A stretch of 64,000 nucleotides of DNA. Origin: Fistulifera solaris (Eukaryota). Every line of letters begins with the position of its first letter. Position 1 is the first letter of the stretch. The notes beneath the pieces are model-generated. The model was not told where the DNA came from. It was given only the letters and a program-made list of their open reading frames with translations, and did not search any database. A program made the position numbers and the translations under genes. The stretch spans positions 682,001-746,000 of the forward strand of contig AP026128.1 in NCBI GenBank assembly GCA_030295235.1, read 5' to 3'. Of the stretch, positions 24,553 through 34,735 are shown one piece after another.

Positions 24553-25282
24553 GTGTTTACGCGCTACGTGATTACTGACTCGGATCTTTACATAGGTACT
24601 GTCTTCGCCGCCTCAAGTCTCGAAATCGACAGCAAGTCATCACAGTGAGCCACCACGACCGAAAATTAGGATACATTTATGACCTTGGAGATGTTTGATC
24701 ACACAAGAATAAATTACTAGTTGTTGCTATTTACTATGTTGTGTCGAGCGCTCACCACCTAAAAAACAATGTAGTTCTTATTTACTAGAAACGAGTCTCA
24801 TGTTCCTTACAAAGGTCGCGATGAACTCTAGCATCCCATGTCACAATAGAGTGGAGAAAGTAAGTTTCTATTAAAAGATATGCATCATTAGCCCATCGAG
24901 CAAGGGAACAACATACTATATTACTATCCAAACAATCCTGTCGCTTTTAGTTGCTCCTAAGGATTTCCCCTATGAGAAAAAGTGAAAAGCTGTAAGTTGT
25001 TCGAATATAGCAAGACAGCACGAAAACAACTCTATGTTTCTCAGATATGGGTTGGTGATAAAGTCGCGGCAAGCGACAGAGATGGTCCTCAACGCTTTTT
25101 AGTTGGAACGTTTTCGCACGTTGTCATGGCACCTTTCGGGGCCTACACAAACTATTCGGACGAAGCTCTATCTTCATTGAAATCGATAAGAACGAGAAGT
25201 GCAACAGTCTTGGCTTACCTGCATGGTGAATCTTCCCTCTACATTTTTTACGATAGCCCCGCAAATCGACCGGAAGCTACAT

Positions 25283-25645
25283 TTATTCTTGCATAGAGTC
25301 TTCCTTCTTACTGTCATCAGCTGGCGCTGCCACGACATAGAGAACATTGTTGCATCGAATGAGCACCTCACCCAGAAATCCGGCGAATTGCCCGTCGAGA
25401 AATTCTTCAGCTTCTGTGAGCTGCAAATTCATGTAAGCATCTGAGGATTGCAGTTTCCCTTGATATTCCATGCCCCATTTTAATTTGACCTTAACGAGTC
25501 TTCCAGTCAAGTCTTGCAAGAACGGCTTGGGATTTACGATGAATTGAGTTGCTCCGGACTGTTGCAAAGGGGGAGGAGTTTAAAGTGAGTTGACGCGATT
25601 ACGACAATGGTCAGATCCAAATTGGATATCATACCGACGTACCAT
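25283..25645 (-). CDS. SNRPF: Small nuclear ribonucleoprotein Sm-F; ATG-only exon 1, intron 25559..25642
   Basis: [67 protein letters not shown]. Splice pattern ATG|GTACGT...CAACAG|TCC. Confidence 0.93.
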
Positions 25646-25899
25646 GTTACTTTAAAGCCTGTGATCTCTTTTCACTTGTTGTCGGCGCTCCTGCAAAATT
25701 GTAAATCGAAATCAAGCGCAAATAAATAAAAAAGATTATGTTAGACTTGTGGAGAACGTTATGATCGCCAACCATCGATTACAACAACCATGGCTCGAAG
25801 ATTCTAAAGGTGCAAAAGCAAAAGGTGCGGCGGCGCTTATTTTTTGCGATGATGATTTTTTGGTGTCACGGTGGAAGTACAGACGTCGCTCCGTTCATA

Positions 25900-28454
25900 G
25901 CTTGAGTCCCGTGAAGCCGGTCCCGGATCTGAATTTTTATTCGGCCGGAAATGAAAATTAGGTCCTAGGTCACGGGAAAGTTTCTTTTCGCCTGAGATGC
26001 GAGTTGGCTCATTGGACAGAATGGCTTGCAAATCACAGCCCTCCATATGCTGCAATTCGGGCCCTACTAAATGCAAGACTTATTGGTTTAGACAAAAGCC
26101 CGGAGTTCGCCCCTATTGCAATTGAAGAAATCTTCCGTCGCTTAATGGCCAAAACGGTTGCTATTCTCAAGGGTGACTCGGCAGCAGAAGAATGTGGTAA
26201 CCTTAACCTTTGTACGGGACTCTCCTCAGGCACCGAAGGATCCATTCACGCAATGCTAAAATTCCTGGCGTCACCCAACCAAGAAGCACTTCTCGAAAAG
26301 ACCATTCTTCTTGAAATGGGATTCACTGATGAAGAAGCCCAAGATCTCGAATCTAACCTAGAAGAGGTCCAAAAAGAAATCACTGAAAGACTGCTGGACT
26401 ATGAGGATGATCTCAACCGAAAAGAAAATTATGACGAAAATGATCCCGAAGCAGTGCTCCTAATTGGCGCAAGAAAACGCATTTAATGAACTCAGCAGAT
26501 TTTCAATGCTCTGGACGGTTCGGCACCTTTGGCCAGCTGGAGCAAGATTTGTTTTCAATTGCTACAGACATGCATCTACTCTATTTGTACGCAGAGACTT
26601 TGACTTCTGTGAAGAGATCCTAAGCAGGGAAGGAATAGCCCAAGGCGATCCTCTAAGCATGATCCTTTATGGTTTAACTCTTACTCCTATTGCAGAGAAA
26701 ATCCGAGAGAATGTCAAAGACATTGTTCAGCCCTTCTATGCGGATGATGTTGCTCTGGCTGGAAAATCCTCTGACATTTCTAAAGCAATGGAAATCCTAA
26801 TGCAGTACGGTCCCGCTTCGAGGCTACTTTCCAGAACCAAGCAAAGTGTTGTTGTCTGTCGACAGAGCGATGAAGAAAAGTGCAACGAAATTCTGTCCAA
26901 ATATGAATTTGAATACGTTCGGCGGACACAGATACCTTGGTGGCTTTATTGGTTCAGCAGCTGCAAGAGATGAATACGTCAAAGAAAAAATCAAAAATTG
27001 GACACGCACAGTCAATCTGCTCTCTGAAGTTGCCAAGAAATATCCCCAGTCCGCTTATTCCGGCTTTCGTCACTCTCTTCAAATGGAATGGCAATATATC
27101 CAGCGAGTCATTCCACGCATTGCACCGCTATTCGAACCCTTAGAATCCGCGAATTCAAAACAATTTTCTTCCAGCGCTCCTTGGACAAAAAGAGCCAGTC
27201 ACCGGAGAATTGCGCAAAATTCTGGCTTTAGGAACCAAAGCTGCTGGTATCGGAGTCTGGAACCCAGTGGAGACATGTCGTCACAATTTCTCAACTTCGG
27301 AAAAGTCACGAAGCTCATTTCAGGCAGTTTGCTCGAGAACCTTAATTTAAACTTCCGACAACATCAAGAACGAGCAAAAACCGAAAGAGCTGCGGCTTCC
27401 GCAAGTCGCCACGCTAGTGAACTCCAGACCCTGAAAGATATTTAAGCTGCGAAAGGAGACGATGAAAAAGGCAAACAAGAAAAGCGACGTCTTTTGCGAG
27501 CAAAATCGACTGGAATTTGGCTTTCCGTCAGACCGAAAACTCTCACAGACACTGATTTGTCTAAAGATGAGTTCCGAGACAGTCTTCGCATTCGCGCAGG
27601 TCTACCTATCCAAGCACTTCCCCAGAAGTGTGACGGATGCAACAAACCTTTCTCGGTAGAACACGCTCAAACATGCAAACACGGCGGTCTTGTCATCCTT
27701 CGACACGACGATGTCAAAAACGAATTCATGTCTCTTTGTGCGCAGGCGTATGGCCCAAAAGCAGTACGCAACGAACCGACAATCCACACTTACAGCACTG
27801 ACAATCGGAATGCACAAAAGAACAAGAACTTCGCGGCGACATTTCTACTTACGGTTTCTGGAGAGATCGGAAAACAACCATCTTTGACGTCCGCGTTACC
27901 GACACTGACGCCCCTTCGCACAAGAATCGCGAGCCAATGAACGTTCTTGCTTCCCAAGAACTTGAGAAACGAAGACTTTACGGTAAGCCCTGTATGGACC
28001 GCCGCCGTGATTTCACGCCTCTTGTTTTTTCTGTCGACGGGCTCATGGGTAAACAAGCTGTTGCGGCCTCACGCCAGCTTGCAAGAAAGCTGCAAAAGAA
28101 ATGGAAGAGACCGTACTCAGAAATTTGTGGGTTTATCCGATCTCGTTTGAGTCTCTCGTTGTTTCGATCGGTGAGCATGCTATTGCGAAATCCGAGAGAT
28201 GGCGCGCCACAGCGCAATCCTCCGCACTGGGAAACCGGCGCAGGTTTGTCGCTTTACTACTAACTGTGGTACAGTGATTCAGAAATCGGAGTTTCTGAAA
28301 GAAAGAAAAAAATATTTGTGCCAAAAGAGAAAAACCAGTGGAAAATTCAGTCAAATGTCGAAAAAGCATCCGCATTTCAGGAAAATTAGGAATAAATATT
28401 TAGGATATAGTGACCCTTTAATTAAATATTTAGCTTGTGTTTAAAAAAAAAAAA
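25900..28454 (+). mobile_element. 5'-truncated, degenerate CRE-clade non-LTR retrotransposon (RT + CCHC knuckle + restriction-like endonuclease) with a poly(A) tail; 5' boundary approximate
   Basis: RT motifs RLIGLDKSP..PIAIEEIFRRL, NAFNELSR, GIAQGDPLSM, FYADD (26734-26748) and RYLGGFIG. Zinc knuckle CDGC...HAQTCKHGG..ILRHD. RLE motifs RGDI...GFW...IFDVRVTD and EKRRLY...FTPLVFSVDG. Stop at 28263, AT-rich 3' UTR, A12 at 28443-28454. Confidence 0.88.
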
Positions 28455-28829
28455 CAACGGATAACGGAGGCTTTTTATTATTTAATACTTCCTGACTGTA
28501 CCTGTCCGTTGTCTGTATCGCGTTTCGAGATATACATTCCATAAAGCTACTTTTGAGACCATACTCTTTATTTTGTTTCTGATGAAACGGTAATGGGCGG
28601 TACTTGTGATATTTTCCGCAGGGGGAGCTAACAAAGCGAAAGCGCAAGCCAAAAGCCAAAAACTCCGCCGTTGTCCGTTGTTGCTCGGCTCGCATCTCCG
28701 ATCTGTGCATTCTCTGCACTTCAAAAGCATCGAACAAGTGGGGGCTTGCATCTACCGTCAACAAAGGTACCCGCAAACGAAAATAATCACAGCAATTTAG
28801 TCATTTTTTTCAAAGTTTCGATCGAGAAG

Positions 28830-31800
28830 ATGTTTGATATTGACAAAAAGGCTGTCAAGCGAAAGCGACAAGTAAATGCGCAGTCGACCAAGGAGGAACA
28901 ACAATTGCAGCCTCCTCCTTCCAAGAGTGAGAATGAAACGGTGACTGATTTTCCTGAAGAGTTAAACGGTTCAGCCACTACCTGTGGATTATTCAAGTCA
29001 GCTCCTACGGTACACGATTCTTGTTCGCCCACCGAGTCTTCCTCGGTCGAAGTGTCAACTGCTACATCTCACCACGGTCCTCTTGAAGCTTCAGAAAAAG
29101 TGTCTGCTTTAGATACTTTTGATGAATTTACCAGTCGTAGTCGAATAAAAACGCAGCCGCAAACAGACAGCTCGGCTCTAGCTAGCGATCGAGAGGCTGC
29201 ATTACGAGGTGACGTCTCTGGCGACGCCTCGAACGTCAGCAGCTACAGAAAAGTGCCCAATACCAGATCAACAATTGATGTTGGCCCTACAGAGGCGGAA
29301 GATGCTTCACAATCAAATAAACGACAAGGAACCGCAAATGTTGAAGGATTGCCCGTGAACAGCCCCACTCCTCAGTCGCCTCAATATGCACCTCGAATAT
29401 ACCACAGGGATCTTGGATCTCCGGGTCTAGTTGACGGACAACGATGGGATAGCTCTGGACGGCGGAACGCTTCCGTTACATCGCAAAGTCAATCGCCGGA
29501 ATATCATATTGTCGCCGATCATGAAAACGCTTCTCTACTTAGTGGCTTGGACTATTCAATTGTCAGCGGAAGAAAAATTCAATTCGGAAGTGTTGCAGAA
29601 CAACCGAAAGCGCAGAAATCAAGCATGCCTACACTCGTCGACAGTTTCAGTGACACGTCTTCGAGATCTGAAGATGCACTCGTGTCTCTAGCCAGGGCGA
29701 TGCGAGAGCAAGCCGCTGTTATTCAAGCTATGGCTGGGCAAAGTAACGAAGACGAACTCTCGAGACTCGCTATGGAAAAAGGGATCTTGCACAACAAGTA
29801 CTTAGGCTGCAACAGGAAATTGAGAAGATGGGTGGGAGTCGACATAGTTCCATGACGTCTGTATCGTCGCGTGGGTCAGGTCGGTATAGCGCGAGAAGCG
29901 CCCGAAGTCAGCGTAGTTACAAATTTGGTCAACTGGGCCACATACCAGAAGTTGTAACGGCTGACGAAATGACAACATTTTCTTCGATACGAGGCCCGAG
30001 CGTTCCTGGTAACATGACGATCCCTAGAAACTCGTACCGCCTTGGATCCGTAACCACCGATGAATTGACAGAGGGCGACTTGAGCACGATCCCCAGCTTC
30101 GAGAACGCGAGTGTGTTTGACAGCGCCAGTGTTCGTAGCGGTGGTTCAAGAAGGAGTAAAAATAGTCGAATCTCTAACAGCAGTCGACCAAGCCGGGCTT
30201 CACGAAACAGTTTGATTAAAAGAAGTCGAATGTCCAAAGAAGGTTTCGAACCAGATCTCCCTGACTATTTACGCCCCGAGTCGCCACTAGGATCACAGTT
30301 TTGGCGATCGCTAGCGTTTTTGGTCACATTTTTATCCCAGACGTATGCATTCCTGTTGCCGGAGGTGGTGCAAAGCAAGCTTGGCGGTACGTCTCTTGAG
30401 TGGTCAACCCCCAGCATTTGCACAATGATGGATTGAATTTTGCTCACCTAAACCTTAAATTCACAGCGAGAAGGTTTTGCTCTGCATGCTCATGTTTCTC
30501 TCATCCGCGATGGTAGTAGGTGGTATTGGTTTCTTGCCTATCTATTTCTGCCGAAACAATGGAGTTTACTCAAAAGAAGATATCTGGCAACAGCAAGGCG
30601 AAGCATGGGTTACCATTTTCGGCAAGGTATACGATATGAACACATTCATTGATTCACACGTAGGAGGCCGCGACGGTATATTGCAGTTTCTCGGAGGCGA
30701 CGCTTCGAAACTATTTCCGAGACTACCCGCGGCTCGACTCCCGTCGTTTTGCTTGAACCTTGACAAGGGGGGAATATTTCGCGCAGAACTCCAGTCCGAA
30801 CTGCACGGAACTTACGGACCTGGATATTGTTACAGACGTACCATGTCACGATAGTTTGGTTGGAGTAAGAGAGGTCCGAAATAGGATGAAAGATTACAAA
30901 ATAGGCGACCTAGTAATCCCAGGCTGGCAACTGGGAGACGATGGAATGCAGTGGATTCGAATTGGTAGAAGTATTTATAATGTCACGCAGTACGTGAACG
31001 GTCTGATGTAAGTACAAGCTCACTATTGCCTTGCACGGACTTTAGTCTCACAGGTCTCGCAGAAACAACAAGACACAAGAATTCGACTTCGACGAGCAAA
31101 ATCCGAACGCATATCTTTCGTCTCCATTACATCGGCTTGTCACCATCAGATTAAACAGTGATGTCACCTCCATTTACGATCAGCTGTTTAGCACAGAAGA
31201 TTTCAAAGCGTAAGAATCAGACAAGTGTACCACTTTAACAATATTCCGATGGCTCTCACCACATTGTGTTACTTTAGGTGCCTTGATGAATTGTTTTACG
31301 AGGCTGACTACGACGAACGATATTATCCAGCTTGCGAGAAAATTGGAATAATGATGTACACGTTTTTATTTGTCGTTACGATTGTTCTCGGGGTTCAAGT
31401 TTTCTGTTCGCTCGTTTTCGTTTTTCGCAAGCCACGCACGTTTACGGCGAAAGATATGGAAGCAGGTGTAGTTGTCATGATGCCTTGCTACAATGAGGGG
31501 CCACACGAGCTTCAAAAAACCATTGACTCTGTTGTGATGACAAAGGTGAGACATAATAGAAGAGGATATCCATCGTGTCCCATTCTTCTTCCCCGCACCC
31601 CGCATTGATACTCAACTGTGTTTCTTTTCGCAGTACCCAGAAGAGAATCGAGTTATGATTATCGTAGCGGATGGATGGGTCACTGGCGCTGACAACCGAC
31701 TAAGTACTCCCGAGATTCTTTCCAGTTTGCTCGGTTTCGAAATGGACACCGAAGAGGATACACTGTTTCATTACAGAAGTCTGGGCAAAGTGCGGAATAA

Positions 31801-33417
31801 TTTTGCAAACGTGTACGCCGGGGTCTATGAGAAAGAAGTCGGAGAAGAAACGAAATCGCTTAAATATTTAGTAATTGTGAAAAGAGGCGGCCCTGAAGAG
31901 GCGGGATCCAATCGAGCTGGAAACAGAGGAAAACGCGACTCGCAACTTATACTTCTCGGTATGTACAACAGGATCCATCACAATCGAAAGCCGAGTGAAC
32001 TTGACATGGCTATTGTGAAAGGACTCTTCAGCCTCGGGCTGCCGGCTAAGGATGTTGAATATTTGATGGCCATCGACGCGGACACACGAGTTGACGAAAA
32101 ATCCATACCACATATGATTTATTCCATGGAGCACGACAAGAAGATTCTTGCGTGTTGCGGGGAAACTCAAGTCGACAACAAAGCACAATCGTGGGTGACG
32201 ATGATTCAAGTATACGAATATTTTTCTAGCCACCATCTGAAAAAGGCATTCGAAAGTTTGTTCGGTTGCGTTACCTGTTTACCTGGTTGCTTCACGATGT
32301 AAGTTTGATGTTGGGTACGAAGAAGTGTTTGAGCTACTTGTAACTGATCTGTTGCCATTCTTTTAGGTACCGAATTTTGACGACAGATATGCGACCTTTG
32401 ATTGGGCACGATGACGTCTACCAGGACTATGCACGCAACGATATCCCCTCTCTTCACGAAAAGAACTTGTATGAATTGGGCGAAGACAGAATGCTTACAA
32501 CTCTACTTCTCCGACATTTTCCGGCAATGCGGCTATCATTCGTACCGGAAGCCCTTTGTTGGACGATTGTTCCCCACAACTTGACTATTCTTTTGAGTCA
32601 ACGCCGTCGATGGATTAACTCGACCTTTCACAATATGTACGAGCTTCTAAAAATCCAAAGCATGTGCGGGGTCTTTCTCTGCTCGATGAAGCTCATTGTG
32701 TTTATGGATTTGTTGATCACCATGATTCTACCTGCCAGCCTTGTCTATATCAGCTACTTGACGTATCTCTTTATTACCGAGCCTCAGACGGTGGATCGAT
32801 TTGTCCTCATATTCTATGCAATTACATTCAGTCTTCAAATGGTATCGTTCCTGAGCCGCTCCCGATGGGATTACATGCTGTGGTTCCTTTGCTTTTGTGT
32901 CTTGGGGATTCCTGTCTTCTACTTCCTTTTGCCAATCTACGCATTTCTGCATATGGACGATTTCAGTTGGGGTAAGACAAGGGCGGTCGGCGCCGAGGAG
33001 AAAGCAGCACGGAGCGCCACCACTGTAGATGGAGATAACTCCACTCATTCGGACAAAGGAGAAAACGATGAGGACGACGAGGACGGGGACGAATCCGAAG
33101 GATTGTCCACTTTTATTTCGAGTCTTAATACCCCCTCCACTGCATTAATGTCGCATATGCACCGAGGTGGTAGTGTATCAGGAATGGAAAGGGAAAGTTC
33201 GTTCAGCGCATCATCCGATCGAAGTGTGAAAACGTGGAGTCCAGGAGATAGTGTCGGCAAAGGGCCCAATAAAGGCGATTCACTGAGCCGTTCAACCAAA
33301 ACAGCAGGCGACAACACGAATCTGTCACCTTCATCAGCTTCCGGTGTCTCGAAACTGACAATGCCTTCGGGAATCAATCCGAAGAAAGATTTTGATACAT
33401 TTCGGTTTTTAATCTAG
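28830..33417 (+). CDS. CHS: Chitin synthase (division-2 type) with a cytochrome b5-like domain; about five short introns and several frameshifts
   Basis: b5-like WVTIFGKVYDM...HVGG...GGDAS. Catalytic motifs MPCYNEG, IIVADG, GNRGKRDSQ, IDADT, CGET, QVYEYFSSHHLKKAFESLFGCVTCLPGCF, LGEDRMLTTL, SQRRRWINST and MDDFSWGKTR. Attachment of the Ser-rich N-terminal region is inferred. Confidence 0.9.
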
Positions 33418-33828
33418 AAATGCTCTTTTACTGATAAGCTTACAGTTTTCTACAACCCTCTTTGTAATCGTTGTTAGAGCTTCGCTCAAACTTGACGTCT
33501 CTAGCTGAAACAACTTCTTCAGCAGCTCAATTACCGCTACGATAAAAGGGTGTTTCGTTCACGTACTACAGGAACTAACATAATAAAAAGGTAAACTACT
33601 TCTTGATTCTACTTACCAGTGGCACTGTGACGATGATCGTGTTTTTCAACCAAAATGTTGCCGCAGACATCGTCAGCAAAAACGTATCCTGCTTTTTTTT
33701 TGTTGGCGTGGTGTCGTGTTGTGTCGGCAGGCGGATGATTCATTAAGGTGAAACAGTCAGCAGATAACGAGCCTTCTTTTGATAGTTTTCAGTGTGTCAC
33801 AAACCACCAGACAAACGATCTTGAAAGT

Positions 33829-34424
33829 ATGCGAAGAGCAGTGTTAACTTTAGCAACGTGCCTCACCGCCGTCTCCGCATGGACGACGCCGCAGAACTCC
33901 GTGGTAACACGGCAAGCGTTTTGGCAGAGTGCCGCGGCAGTCGCCGTAGTCGCCGCGAGCGCTCCGGTGCAAGCGGAAACTCTTCCGAATGGTGTTACGT
34001 ATGAAGTGAAGAAGAAGGGAGACGGCCCGCAACCCGAAATTGGAGAACTGGCGGCGATTCGCTTTGCGGCCTACAATGGCGCCAACAAAATCGATGACAT
34101 CTTTGAAACACCCGAGCCATACTACACACGCATCGGCAGTGGAGGATTGTTGAAGGGTGTCGAGGAAACTTTGCCGTTGATGAGACTCGGGGATCGTTGG
34201 GAGTTGACTATTCCGGTAAGTGGATGCCCCTTCTCGTTGCCGAGTAACCCGCATTCCCATTTCTCACCGGTTATCTGTAGAGCGAATTGGCTTTTGGTAA
34301 GAAAGGACGCCCCGCTTCTGCTGGAAAGCCTCGTATTGCCGGAGATGCCGTAATTACTTTCGATGTCGAAATGGTAGGCCTTCCTGGACGTGAAATCGAA
34401 CTCATTGAACTCATCGGTGATTAG
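33829..34424 (+). CDS. Plastid (probably thylakoid-lumen) FKBP-type PPIase; intron 34216..34280
   Basis: Signal peptide + VSA-W, then TRQAFWQSAAAVAVVAASAPVQA. FKBP core LPNGVTYEVKKKGDG...LLKGVEETLPLMRLGDRWELTIP|SELAFGKKG...ITFDVEMV. Confidence 0.85.
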
Positions 34425-34735
34425 ACAAGACAAGTCGGCATCAAAGTAGCAAGCGCAGACCGTAAAGTGTCACTAAAGGATACATTATAGATTATGAATT
34501 TATGATCATTATTGACGTTTGTTTCTGTATGAATAAGACGACCAGGAATTAGTAATTTTCAAGCGGAGCAAAGACAAAGCGCAAAGACGATGCGTTCTTT
34601 CGACTCTGACACAGCCAAGGTGATTATCTACACGTTCTCTTTCGGAAACTCTAGTCCGATATCTTATGAATCTTCACTGTCGATGAACAAGACACACGCA
34701 ACGTTGAACAGCACACATAGAACTCACCTCAAAGA

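Noticed and set aside
25849..25932. C/D snoRNA (ATGATGA ... CTGA)
   Set aside because: No convincing rRNA guide or terminal stem. The stretch fits better as the decayed 5' end of the retrotransposon (an AGP-like motif).
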